Source of the DNA: Chiloscyllium plagiosum
Taxonomy: Eukaryota
Length of the DNA: 50,000 nt
Direction of reading: 5' to 3'
Assembly (NCBI RefSeq): GCF_004010195.1
Contig: NW_025214734.1
Location: 1-50,000, forward strand
Below, in pieces: positions 1-12,711 of the stretch. The stretch's first letter is position 1. Each line of letters opens with the position of its first letter. The position numbers and the translations under genes were made by a program. Below the pieces are notes generated by a model, which worked only from the letters and a program-made list of their open reading frames with translations, made no database searches and was not told the origin of the DNA.

Positions 1-699
1 GACTAGAACCTTGTCTCACCACTCCACACATCACCCAAGAAAGGCAGCATTGCATATAACAGCATGTTGTCAAATATTTACTGTGCAATCTGACAGGAAA
101 GCTGCCCACGTGCAGCCTTTAAGGTCTTGGATTGTGGCATGCAGGTGAAACTTTGACTATTGCTGCTTCACACAGACTTACAATGATTAACTTGTAATAA
201 CAATGCATGGTGAAGATTATATATGGCCAGGATTAGTATTCAACATAGATGGCCACTGCATGGGATTCACAGGCAGAATTGTGTGATTACAAGTGTCTTT
301 ATTCTGTTCTAAATGCCTGTTTAGAGCAACTGCCCCTTGAAGGGCTTCACATCACTTGCAAGTGGAAGCAAATTGTAGAAATAGAAAAACATACCTTACC
401 CAATCCTGGTATGTTGTTAGCCATCAAACACTTCCATTATCTATTTGTGATTCAGATGGGGTCTGAAGGCAACAGACAATGTTCTTTGCAGGCTCAGCCT
501 TTCAATCGAGGTGACCTCACACAACGTACATGTTTCTTTCTGCCTTACACTTCCTGTCAACCCCATTAGTTCATCATCCATACAATCCCACACTTTTATT
601 TCAGTCTTCATCTTCCCACTGCACCCCTCAGCCCTAAAACTACAGCTTAGTTCTACAATCATTATTCATTAATCTCCCATTGAGGCAAGGGTAGTGATG

Positions 700-1240
700 A
701 CTGTTGTTGACCCCCCCATATCCTGTGACTACCAGCATTCAATGATCTCCAACCCTTATATGTTGAGTTGTCCCCTTCATTACTATTGCCCCTTTGCATC
801 CCAGCAAGCTGGTCCCACAATTGACTGCCCAACTTGCCCTCCATTGTTATGGCCCCTCAAAATCCCCCCTTGACTCTCAATTTCCAGATCTACTAACTGG
901 AGAGTGACCATGGGCCACTCCTCCAACCAAATTGGAAGGACAATCCAGACCAATGACTGACTAGACACCTGACTCATCTCTATGCAGATTTGCAGCTGTT
1001 TTACTGCAGCTCCCTGGGCTGGTCACACTGGAATTGTGAGACTGTTAGTGACTCAACTCCCTAGACTGTAATGCTATGGAGCAACTGACTCTGAATACCC
1101 CAACTGATCATATCCAAACTTCTGGGGTGAGATTGGACAATGCTTTTCACTGACTGTGGTGACCCTCCCTGCCTGACAACAGAACCTTCACCACCTTCAA
1201 ACAGACTTGACTGAGGACTACTTTCCTTAGACTTGGAGAC
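700..1240 (+). mobile_element. Highly decayed non-LTR retrotransposon RT fragment
   Basis: GPLL-coding (912-923) and LYAD-coding (978-989) remnants in RT motif order, then a GVRLD-like segment. Boundaries are approximate. Confidence 0.4.
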
Positions 1241-1628
1241 ATGTCTATTTGTTTGAAGCACATTCATTTTTATTCCAAATAAATTGCTGGCACATGGTAC
1301 AGATATGATGTTAAAGTAGCATGATGCCAATCAGAAAATTGTCCACCCCTTGACAGATAAGATGACAAGCTGCCTGGCTTTGTGTCTGCACTAAAAGGCA
1401 AGCCACAAACACAGATATCATGAGGCTGTAAATTCTGAATGGGGTGACAATGTACAAAAAAAAAGGCAAAACAAAGATGCTGTGATCATCCAGGTAGGTG
1501 CAAAGTGGCCTGGCAGCATCACTACAATGTAAGGTGTTGGTGACCGTCAAATTGCAGTTTTGAAGTCGTGAAATTTATTGAGTGAGTCAGAAATGTGCCA
1601 TGCTGATGTGTTGTGGCTGATGTGTTGT

Positions 1629-2302
1629 GGGCGGCACGGTGGCACAGTGGTTAGNNNNNNNNNNNNNNNNNNNNNNNNNNNNNNNNNNNNNNNNNNNNNN
1701 NNNNNNNNNNNNNNNNNNNNNNNNNNNNNNNNNNNNNNNNNNNNNNNNNNNNNNNNNNNNNNNNNNNNNNNNNNNNNNNNNNNNNNNNNNNNNNNNNNNN
1801 NNNNNNNNNNNNNNNNNNNNNNNNNNNNNNNNNNNNNNNNNNNNNNNNNNNNNNNNNNNNNNNNNNNNNNNNNNNNNNNNNNNNNNNNNNNNNNNNNNNN
1901 NNNNNNNNNNNNNNNNNNNNNNNNNNNNNNNNNNNNNNNNNNNNNNNNNNNNNNNNNNNNNNNNNNNNNNNNNNNNNNNNNNNNNNNNNNNNNNNNNNNN
2001 NNNNNNNNNNNNNNNNNNNNNNNNNNNNNNNNNNNNNNNNNNNNNNNNNNNNNNNNNNNNNNNNNNNNNNNNNNNNNNNNNNNNNNNNNNNNNNNNNNNN
2101 NNNNNNNNNNNNNNNNNNNNNNNNNNNNNNNNNNNNNNNNNNNNNNNNNNNNNNNNNNNNNNNNNNNTAGTGTTAGGTAAGGGGTAAATGTAGGGGTATG
2201 GGTGGGTTGCGCTTCGGCGGGTCGGTGTGGACTTGTTGGGCCGAAGGGTCTGTTTCCACACTGTAAAGTAATCTAATCTGTAAAGTAATCTAATCTAATC
2301 TA
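1629..2302 (+). mobile_element. HE1-type tRNA-derived SINE spanning an assembly gap
   Basis: Head gggcggcacggtggcacagtggttag; tail ggccgaagggtctgtttccacactgt followed by (aatct)n. Confidence 0.85.
1655..2167. other. Assembly gap (513 N)
   Basis: Run of N. Confidence 1.
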
Positions 2303-3432
2303 CATGCCAACCTCTATGGACAGCGGATGCAGGTTGTCTCTACCTATAGAGCTTGCCCTAGGTTTCGCAAATGCCTGCTAACCACTGAGCTTGGAGAAGC
2401 TGGATCTGCTAGTTATCATCATTCACTTTCATGATGGGAATTGGCACCACCTAATTTCCCTCTGTTACTTGGAAAAATAGCGACATACAGTCATAAAGTT
2501 ATACAGCATGGAAATAGACCCTTCAGAAAATCTTGTCCATGCGACCAGATATCCCAACCATGCTAGATGTTGAAACCTTGGATGGAAAATTGGAATTTTA
2601 TTACCTTGAGACTGAGAATCTAAGATTTACGTTCTTGTCATATTTTCCCAATTGACTCATCAATTCCCAAATCATTCATGAGCTGGGAACATTCAGCCCC
2701 ATGTGTCTTATCAATGTTTATTTTTTCAAAACAAAACCACTTTTGAGAAGTTTGTATTATGACAATTCCTCACTATTAACTCATTCGATCAGATCCTAAA
2801 TACAAGATGGATTAAAATGTCTAATCACTTCCATCTGCCGTGATTCACAGACTTTAAAAGCTCAAACAGCATCGCAAAATTAGGAAATTATAATATTTAT
2901 CTAATGTTTCATGTCACATTGATTTCAAATAAGATAATCTTTAAGGTGTATTTTTTCCAGGAACAATTGAAGGAGACAACTTCAGTGTTGCTTACGGGAT
3001 TGACTTGCTGATAATTTTTAAATCTGATAATCAATACTCGATCTGTGTCCACTATGAAAATATGGTTTACCAAAACTAGTTCTGAAAACAGATGCAATCT
3101 TCTTCCAAATAACCAACAGACCAAAAGAAAGACAATGCACACTGAGGGTAAATTAGAACTGAATTTATCAAAGTGGGTGTAAAAATGCAAATTTTCTTTG
3201 ATAACTGCAACTCATGACAGCAGGATATGAGATAGGTATTTGAGTATTATGATTCTCTGAAAACATAAGCTACCACAGCTACAAGTGATTATCATTAAAA
3301 TTAAATCAAATTCTGGAATCTAAAGAAATAATTAAAAGCCCATGTTCTCTTTAATCATTTTGGTGTTTGGGTGTAAGAGACAGTGAATAAAGTAAGACAA
3401 AAGCCAAGATTGGATTTAGACCAATCATAAAT

Positions 3433-3707
3433 GGGTGGCACGGTGGCTCAGTGGTTAGCACTGATGCCTCACAGCATCAGGGTCCCAGGTTTGATTCCAG
3501 CCTCCGGCGGTTCTCCCAGTGTCTGCATGGGTTTCCTCCGGGTGCTCCGGTTTCCTCCTACAGTCCAAAGATGTCAGGTGGATTGGCCATGCTAAATTGC
3601 CCGCAGTGTTAGGTGCATTAGTCAGAGGGAAATGGGTCTGGGTGGGTTACCCTTCAGAGGGTTGGTGTGGACTGGTTGGGCCTGTTTCCACACTGTAGAG
3701 AATCTAA
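3433..3707 (+). mobile_element. HE1-type SINE (internally deleted)
   Basis: A-box tggctcagtgg, B-box-like gtttgattcc, V-SINE core gggtttcctccgggtgctccggtttcctc, aatct tail. Confidence 0.9.
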
Positions 3708-4254
3708 ACACTAAAGAAGATACTGATCGATATGCTAAATAAGAAGAAATTCAAAAAGACAAGCAGACATTAAGAAAGATGATAAAAGAAAGCTAAAGGA
3801 GAGTTAGACTAAAGAGGATACAAGACAGTAGTAGTGGCACAAGTGGAAGTTTAAATGCAAGAGAAAACTTCATTTTGGAATCTCATAGTATTTGGATCAG
3901 AATTCTCGTAACCATTAACATGAAACAGAGGAAAAAAGGTGTCACATGAACAACAAATAAACAATTGACCGTTAAAAGGAATCTCTGAAATTAGAATTTC
4001 AATACCTTTACTTCACATGAACAGAGAGATGGAATCGGATTTTTACAGAAAATGCAACTTCAAAATGCAGGAAAATTATTTCAGGAGAAAAGAAATTGTG
4101 TTTTCTTTTACAAATATTTTCAGGATGGGAAATCAGTCAGGAAAGCACCGAAACATTGACAGATTAAATTTTTAGCGACCAAAGAGGCTGAGATAGATGC
4201 AGAATCAGGAAGTGTTATTGAGAGGGAAGCAGCTAGTCTTTGTAACTGATACAA

Positions 4255-5285
4255 AATATAGGAACAGGAGTTAGTCATTGAGCCCCTTAAGTCTGGTCCA
4301 CCATTTAATGAAATCATGGCTGATCTATTGCCTAGGAGAAAGTGAGGACTGCAGATCAGAGCTGAAAATGTGTTGCTGGAAAAGCGCAGCAGGTCAGGCA
4401 GCATCCAAGGAGCAGGAGAATCGATGTTTCGGGCATAAGCCCTTTTTCAGGGCTTCCTGAAGGAGGGCTTATGCCCGAAACGTCGATTCTCCTGTTCCTT
4501 TGATGCTGCCTGACCTGCTGCGCTTTTCCAGCAACACATTTTCAGCTCTGATCTATGGCCTAACACTATACACCTGCTTGAAGCCCATATCCCTTAATAT
4601 CTTTGCTTAACAAAACATTATTACTCCCAGATTTAAAATTAACAACTGATCCACATACACTGTCATTTGTGAAGGAGAGCTCCAAATATATACTGCACTT
4701 TGTTTGTAGAAATGCTTCTTAATATCTCTCATGAACAGAGTGACCCGCATTCTCAGGCTATTCCACCTAGTCTAGAATTCCCAACCAGCGGAAATGGTTT
4801 ATCTTTATTTACCCTGTCTTTTCCGGTTAGTTTCTTGAAGGCTTTGATCAAATCATCTCTTAAACATTTAAATTCTAAAGAAAACAGGCCTAATTTGAAT
4901 AATCTCTCATCATAACTTAACCTGTGAGGTCCTCATGTCATTCTTGTAAACCTACATTGTAGTCCCTCCAAGATCAATATATCCTTCCTAAGATGTGATG
5001 CTCAGGTCTGCTCACAGTACTTCATTTGGGGTCTCACCAGAGTTTTGCATAACTTCTGAATCCCTGTTACTACAGTCAGCTTGATATAAAGGTCCGCATT
5101 CCATTAGCTTTCTTGATTATTTTCTGCACCTATTTGTGACATTTTAAAGATCCATGCGCCTGAACCCTGAAGTCTCTTTGGACATCCATTGTATAACTTC
5201 ATAATATCTAGGAAGTACCCTGATCTAATCTTTTTTTATCCAACTGGATAACCTCGCTTGCATTGATCTCCATCTGCATCAGTTT
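4255..5285 (-). mobile_element. CR1-type LINE 3' fragment, interrupted by a Penelope-derived hairpin
   Basis: Similar to the other CR1 3' ends in the window (39495-40395, 47497-48032). Confidence 0.75.
4335..4554. mobile_element. Penelope-derived palindromic short element
   Basis: ~90-bp inverted arms; TSD ctgatctat(t/g)gccta at 4320-4334 and 4548-4562; arms match the terminal repeat of the GIY-YIG-bearing element at 10394-10932. Confidence 0.85.
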
Positions 5286-6287
5286 TGCCATAGGTCAGAA
5301 ACAGGTCAGAAGCTTAGTTCGCAGTCAAACAGGACACTGAGATTAGCTCAAGGTAATTGCCTGTGAGATGAGACAGATTGAGGATAAGGAAATGGAATTG
5401 ACATCAACAGTGGAGTTTGACACAGGGGATCGAAGACAATAACTTTGATTTCACTAACGTTTAGCTGAAGAAGATTATAATTCATCCAAGTTAGACAGGT
5501 AACCTGATAACATGGAGATAAAGGACCATAAAGAGTTCGTGCATAGAACTCTTTAGCACCACGAACGCAGAAACTGATCCCAACTCTCTGAATGATGGTC
5601 GCTATGGAACAACATATATATACAGAGGATGTGATCAAGGGTTGATATTTGAGGGATTCTGGAACAATCTACTGTACACGTGCAGCTGAATACTAGAACA
5701 ATCAAGTTTAATCTTGCTTCAACAAATAAAAAACAGTGCTGACCAGCAATTCAACATTTACAGAGCTGGCCCACACTCATCTTTTTCAATAGCAAGAAAC
5801 TCTCATGGTCAAAATGAATAGTCACGAAGATACTTTGAAAGTAACTGTATATATGTATGCTCCAAGGTGTGAAGTTATTTTCAAATCTTAATTTGTGTAT
5901 AAGGCTAATCAAAAGTCATGTCCGCAGTTATCCAATGTTAATTCAACAAGAAGGTTTGGATGACACCATTCTTCATTTATCTTGTTTTGGCTGTAGTATA
6001 ACTGGATGAAAAGTTCTTGAGGCAAAAACTTGCTGCATTTCATCTTAAAATATGATAGGTCTGAAGTTAGCTAGTGTAGTAATGGATTCATTAGCTTAAT
6101 TTGCAATTGTATGAGAAATGTGAATAATAATGAAAATGATTAGTTTAACAAGTACATTAAACAGACGTTAAGCCAGACATACAATTATTGTATGTGAGTT
6201 ACAGAGGAGTAAATAATAACGGCCATGCTTCAAGAACTGCACTACAGAAATTCGAAGTTAATTATTCATACCAATCCAGAGCCAATG

Positions 6288-6293
6288 TTTATT
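6288..6293 (-). terminator. Candidate polyadenylation signal (AATAAA) of SUSD3
   Basis: AATAAA on the minus strand about 225 nt after the stop codon, followed by T/GT-rich sequence. Confidence 0.45.
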
Positions 6294-6517
6294 CATGATC
6301 TTCAAACAGATATGTGAGTTCCTTGAAATGGCTGATTGTCATTGGTGAACATTGTTTTCTTTGAACGTAAACATTTCCTCAATAAAATTTAAATAAAATC
6401 AAGTCTGCTGATATGTTAATCATTGTCATAAGGCACATGTCACTTCCAAGTATTTATGTTCTGTACCCATGTCTGCTCAGTTACCATTATATTGACAGGT
6501 ATTCAGCGATTCCTGTG

Positions 6518-6743
6518 TCAAGGATGATATCTTGGAATATAGTGAGCAGATTTATGTTGGGATTGATGAGATTTGTCAGTTTCAACAATGTGCCTGTCAG
6601 TAAGTGGATCCAATAAAATCACTGACTCAGTGAATTCGTATTTTCTAGAAACCTGTGGATTCAATGGTTGAAAAGATTTCTGGGGTCCATTTTGCCTGCA
6701 ATCTGCTGTGATTTCAAAGTCATTTGTGATCTTCTCTTGGCAC
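6518..6743 (-). CDS. SUSD3: SUSD3 terminal coding exon (CQEKITNDFE...HYIPRYHP*)
   Basis: Acceptor ttttattttattgactgcag|G, phase 2 matching the upstream exon; 226 nt to the TGA (part of ORF 6518..6787). Confidence 0.85.
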
Positions 6744-7231
6744 CTGCAGTCAATAAAATAAAAGCTAACAGTATTCACAGCAATCAAATCATTCTCAAAT
6801 CACAGCTATAAAATCATTATCAAAAAAACATTTTCTTTGATGTTCAAACATAATTCATCACTTTTACTTTCCAAAACCATTGTTCATGGATGAGCTTGGT
6901 GCATTCCCAATGCAAGTAGCCAATATAACCAAACCTGATCTTGTCCTCACCTGATGTAGATCTAAATAGGATGCCCTATAAGCCTGTTGGCTTAAATTCT
7001 GCCTGATATTTGTTCAATTATTGCAAGTGATAGAACAAATGTATAGTACCATAAACTTCACCCTGACCTTAAGGATGAAACTCAGGAACAGCAATGATCT
7101 AAACTAGAATCAGACTATTTAAATGGCTTTGTACCACACACTATACTATATGCCATTGCGTAAGCTTTGAAATTCTTTTTCAAAGTAAATAGGATTCAAA
7201 TTGTTACACTCAGTAATATTATTGCTCAAAG

Positions 7232-7795
7232 CAGGAGGTGGTAGCATAGGAATAATGACAGAACTCCAGGCTAATGTTCTGATGAAAAGAAAAATGCTGG
7301 AGAAACTCAGCAGGCCTGGCAGCAAGTATGGGGAGTAAACAGAGCTAGTGTTTCAAGTCCAGTGACCTTTCTTTAGACTGGACACTGGTCACTGGACTCA
7401 AAGCATTAATTCTTGTTTTCTCTTCAGAGTTTCTCCAACTATTTCTGTTTGTTTCAGATCTCCAACATCCACAGTTCTTTGTTTTCTTTTCATGTTCTTA
7501 GGGCGTGGTTTTGAATGACGGATGGTAAAATTTAGATTCAATATAATTCTAGAATTAAAAGCTGGCCAAATGGCAACAAAGTAATCAGTTGATTATTGTA
7601 AAAATCTGTATGGTTTACTAATATCCTTTAGGAAAGGAAATCTACCATCTTTATCTGGTCTGAGTTACACGTGACTCTAGATCCATAGCAACGTATCTGA
7701 CACTTAACTACTCACCAAGTAATTAGGGATGGGCAATAAATGCTGGCCCAACCAGCAACACCCTCATCCCAAAATCAAGTATTTTAAAAAAAAAG
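7232..7795 (+). mobile_element. tRNA-derived SINE (SacSINE-like) with a nested Penelope-derived hairpin at ~7281-7492
   Basis: SINE tail ttagggatgggcaataaatgctggcc; the nested inverted repeat is flanked by an atgttct duplication. Confidence 0.7.
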
Positions 7796-8269
7796 TTTAA
7801 TTCAGCTTGATTTATTCCCTTAGGCATTTAGTTTTGTCTTTTCACTGTAAGATCACTAAACTGGTGAGAATAATTCGCAGGAGGTCACAGGCATCTCCTG
7901 TTCACTGCACACCACTTTTGTTCCTCTCTCGCACCGGTTTTTGATGCTTTCCATCCATTTAGTCCTTTTTCAACTCGGCTTATTCTTCTTTGATGATCCA
8001 TCTTTGCACCTTACCAACACCAAACTCTTGCCTGCTTTTGCCCATGGTCATATTTTCTCAATTTCCATCTCCTCTCTTCAGCTAAAAGCCCATGATGAGC
8101 TGGGAATCTGATTCACCTGTGAGCAACTTAATTGGTTCTTTGCACTTCCCAGTTGACTGCAAATAACTCTTCACCAGAGCCTTATTTCAACAGTTGCAAA
8201 CCTCTTCCTGACAGCTCTTGCACCCATTCAATGCAATATTCTACTTTCTCTAATGTTAATTCAGATGAG

Positions 8270-10990
8270 CTTCAGGCAATTGGCAACCTTGTTTTGAGTT
8301 CAGTGTCTCTGTCCCATCAATGCCAGCAATTGAAATACATCTATCTTCACAATGGTTGTGGACTGAATTGTCACACTGGTCTCACCATAAATTCTCATTA
8401 GGTATATCGTATTTTTGTTGATGCTCCACTGTCAGTACAGACTTGACTTGCTCAGCTCTTCAGCCACTACATCCATCACTGGCCATCAAAGAAGTGTCAT
8501 CAGCATTCCTGTTGCTCTAGAGTTGTGACTATCAATAGTCATTCCAAGATGTTCTGGGACAGCAGAGCTGACTTCTTTTGTGAGTTTTTCTCCTGAGAAG
8601 TAGTGGTGAAAGAAGGTGTCCTTGTCTAACACCTTTGCCAAACTGAATGGCTCTGTCTGTCTGGTCACCTGATATACACACCACACATTATCCATTTGTA
8701 AAGTTTTTGAATGAGCCAGATTAAGTGATGTTGTATTTAAAATTCCCACAGGGTTTACCACGTGGCGCCTTTGCATCATCTGCTAAGTGAACTCAGATTT
8801 TCTTCTCGTGTTGTTTTTTTTCACATGCTTTCCAATTATGTTGTCCAGCACTTGAATGGCATCTGATATCCCTTTGCCTATGGTGAAACACAACTTTTCC
8901 TCAGTTATTTCTTGTGTGTTGATGTCTGAGAGCCTTTGATCATTTCAAGCAGCATTTTTGTGACATTATCATCAAGCTCATTGTTGTAAATATGGATACT
9001 CTCAGCTACCTTCACCTTTTGACAATATTACCAGCTTAGAAACTAGCCAATTATTTGGTCAAATGTCATGTCTCCATTTCAGTTCCATGATTTATTTTGT
9101 GGCTCTGACAGCAGTCACAGCTCTAGGTCTTCAGGTGTTCAGTAAGTATACCATCAAGGACTGTTGCTTTGCTAATGTCCAGCTTCTGAATTGCATGTTC
9201 ATCTTCACAAATCTGGCTTCTGGTTCCAGCTCTCCCCAAGTTACAGTCTGTATAACATGCATATGGACCATATAACTGGGTGCAGTATTGATGCCACTAT
9301 TGCTTTACTTAATTAACTTCAGATTATATTCCCGTTCAACCTGCTTTTGCATCTTGCCAGCAGTTATGCTTCTTTGACAAAGTTGTGAAACATTCTGCAT
9401 ACTTCTTTCAGTTGTCCTTATGATCTTCATCTTCTGCAGTCTGCACCCTTTCTTTTAGCCCAATCCTTTTGACTGTTCTGCAAGTATGTTTATTTTTTGC
9501 AGAGCTCTTTGTAAGGCACTCTTTGATGGTCCCTCTGCCTTGTCTATCTGCTACTTTCTATCAGTTTCAAGCATTGCGCTGTTATCTGGGGTTTCTTGGG
9601 CACATTATATTCAACACAGCTTTTATGGCAGCTAAGCATCTTTCTCAAGCTAGTACCTTTTTCCTAGGTGAAACCATCTTTCATTCTGAGTATTGTTCAA
9701 ACATACTGGAGTTCTTAGGGAATCAATCTATCTGTCAATTGGGAGAGTTTCTCTATGCATCTTTCTGTCTCCACCACATGGGTCTAACATTGGCCCAATA
9801 CCAGCTTATGGCCAGACCCATAATTTGCTCTAGCTAGACTTTAATATTTTCCCCACTATAACTACATTCACCCAGGCCAAAGCCTGACTTCCAATTTTCA
9901 CATCAAGTCCCTCATTATAGTCAATCTCTCACATTTAGAGATGGTGTTTGACGTTTCTTTGAAAAATCGCATATAGCTCCTCAACAGCATCATCAAGGGT
10001 TTCTGCAGTTGGTGTCTGTACTTGGTGAAGTTCACCACCCTCAATGTGCATCACAACCATGCTGCTATGAACTAGCTCTACACATGAAAACGCTTAGTGT
10101 TAGAGGCATTTGAAATCAAATACCATATTTAGCACCAACCCCAGCAGAGTTGTACAGATCTACCTTCCACAATGTTTAGTTGTCCTAAACCGGATTGTCC
10201 AGTGACAGAAATGCCAGTACATCAATTTTGTGTCTTTTGTATTCAATCCAATACTGCTGTAAGCTGGCCAGTTTGGGAGTCTGTTATCATCTTCTAGGTT
10301 CCTGTGTTCAGGAGTCTGTCACTGCCCAAGTTGGCTTGACATCGACTGTTAGAGTCTATCCTCCTTTCAGGGTTTATTGCATACCAGATAAGAGTCAAGA
10401 TTAGAGTGGTACTGGAAAAGCAGAGCATGTCAGGCAGCATCCGAGGAGCAGGAAAATCGATGTTTCGTGCAGGAGCCCTTCATCAGGAATGAGGCTAAAA
10501 ACCTCGTGGGTGGAGAGATAAATGGGATGGGTGGGGCTGTGGAGAAGGAAGTTGAGAGTGTAATAGGTGGATGGAGGAAAGGGTAAAGCTGATAGGTCGG
10601 AGAGGAGGTTGGAGTGGATAGGTGGGAAGGAAGATTGACAGGTGGGACAGATCATGAGCACGGTACTGAGCTGGAAGTTTGGAACTGGGGAAAAGGTGGG
10701 GGAGGGGAGGTGAGGAAACTTGTGAAGTCCACATTGATGCCCTGGGGTTGAAGGATTCCGAGGTGGAAGATGAGGCACTCTTCCTCCAGGCGTCGGGTGG
10801 TGAGGGAGTGGCGGTGGAGGCGGCCCAGGACCTGCATGTTCTCAGCAGAGTGGAAGGGGGAGTTGAAATGTTTGGCCACGAGGTCGTGGGGTTTATTGAT
10901 GCGAGTGTCCCAGAGATGTTCCCTTACTTTCACATACCAGATAAGACCCTTCCACAGTCATATTTAGGGTTCCATTAACCTGGGGTTAGT
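8270..10990 (-). mobile_element. Decayed RTE-clade LINE (endonuclease + RT)
   Basis: Minus strand encodes GVRQGHLLSPLL (8598-8633), an ADDTSLMA motif (~8483-8506), DTELKTRLPIA (~8278-8310) and an endonuclease-start-like KLASLQQYWIEYKRHKIDVLA (~10210-10275). Many stops. Confidence 0.75.
10394..10932 (-). mobile_element. 5'-truncated Penelope-like element (GIY-YIG C-terminus + terminal repeat) inserted in the RTE
   Basis: ORF 10652..10933 REHLWDTR...VAKHFNSPFHS...RRLEEECLIFHLGILQPQGINVDF is typical of the PLE GIY-YIG C-terminus; perfect 14-bp TSD cataccagataaga (10380-10393 and 10933-10946). Confidence 0.9.
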
Positions 10991-11759
10991 AGTCAGTCAA
11001 AACACACTAGAGATTTTTTTTAACCTCGTACTTCTCTTTCATAAAGAGGCAAATGCTTAGTTTGATATCATCACTCTGAACCAAATATTGCCAACTGAAA
11101 ATGTCTAACAGGCCAGGATCTTGCTGTACTGCTTACCATACCATGGACATGTGCTCCAGCACCTTCACTACCAGAGTAATCAGTTAGCCAGTGCCAGAGG
11201 CTCTTGAGGGCTCGGTGGCCCAGCACCTGTCAGGGCAGATGGCCACTGACACTTGGTGCTTAGCCCTTAACACATGCAGTGCAAATTTAAAATTTATTAA
11301 AATGCAAGAAGTTAAGCAAAGATGATTGTGCAATTTTTCACACTGAACAATAGTCCTTCATTGGATTGATGGTTTGACTGATTGCATACTCATTTCTGGT
11401 CAAAAACACCAGATCACCAGGAGAATAGGGCACGTGCAGAGCTCGTGCTGTGGCAGTAAAGTCCAGGAAGTGTTTGTTAAAACAAATGCATTGCACATTA
11501 TACTGGTAAATAAACAGTGCTTGTGCAAGTTGCATATGTGAAGTACTTAAACCCTATACTAATTTCAAATGACAAAACCAAAAATGCATCCTCTCCACCG
11601 ATCTCTAACTGACCACTAAAGTGACCACAGAAATACGTATCCAGGGATCTTTTATTTTCATTGATCCATTTCCAACTTGGTTATGCATTATGACAAATTT
11701 GTTGACCCCTCCTCCCTCACACCTCCAACCATTATCATTACTGTCTACAGACTAATGAC

Positions 11760-12711
11760 AATGGTAATCAGGGCAAAGCTCTACAGACTGGAGTCATGTC
11801 TTTGTATGAAAGGAAAAGAGTTGTAGTTGTTTGTTACCCAATTATTTCAGCATCAGGACATCATCTGGATAGTATCCTAGGCATCTTAAGGTGCATTATC
11901 AATTACCTTCCATTTTTCAAAAGGCAGAATTGAGATGTTTGGTGGTGACTACGTAGTATTCAGAACTATTTGCAACTCCTCAGATATTGAAACAGAACTT
12001 GACTGCATGCTGCAAGATCTGGGAAACATTCAGGTTTAGGCAGAATAGTATCAAGTAATGTTCACACCACTAGCATGTCAGGCAAAGACAAAGACAATCT
12101 CCTCTGACTAATACTTGTTGATTTTCAATGGAATTAACAAGCTGAATCCCCCACTATAAACATTCTGAGAGATCACCATTGATCAGAAACTCAGTAAACC
12201 AGCAATATATCCTCAACATTGTACCAACAAGAGCAGGTCAAAAGCTGGGAATTCTGTGGTGAATTACCCACCTTCTGACCCTCCTGGCCTGTCCTCCATC
12301 TACAAGGTGCATGTCAGAGGTGTGATGGAATACTCTCCAGTTGTCTGGAAAAGTGTAATTCCAACAACACATAACAATTAGAACAAGCGACCCACAATTG
12401 ACAGCATAAACATTAAACATTCACTCCCTTTATCTTCTGCACACAACGGCAATAATGTGCATCATCTATAGGATGCATTCCAGCAACTAACCAAGCCTCC
12501 TTCAACTGGACCTCACAAATCTATATCACCTAGAAGGAAATTAGCATCTGATACATGGGAACACCACTACCTGCAAGTTCCTTTGCAAGTCACATATACA
12601 GGTTGACTTTGAACTACAACACGATCTTCATCATCACTGGTCAAAGTTATGGAACTGTGCTCATGGATTATTGTGATTCAAGAAGGTGGCTCACAATCAT
12701 CTTCTCAAGGG
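11760..12711 (+). mobile_element. CR1-group LINE 3' fragment (tail resumes at 13428-13480)
   Basis: Decayed RT C-terminal region similar to 36395-37610; the tail ...cttctcaaggg|ctattaggaatgggca is split by an LTR. Confidence 0.7.

Noticed and set aside
1578..2261. Long ORFs across the N run
   Set aside because: Artefacts of the assembly gap.
3433..3510. tRNA-like A/B boxes as tRNA genes
   Set aside because: They are SINE heads followed by SINE core and tail; no cloverleaf.
4353..4554. Long hairpins as miRNA precursors or MITEs
   Set aside because: Explained by the Penelope terminal-repeat sequence and long variable TSDs.
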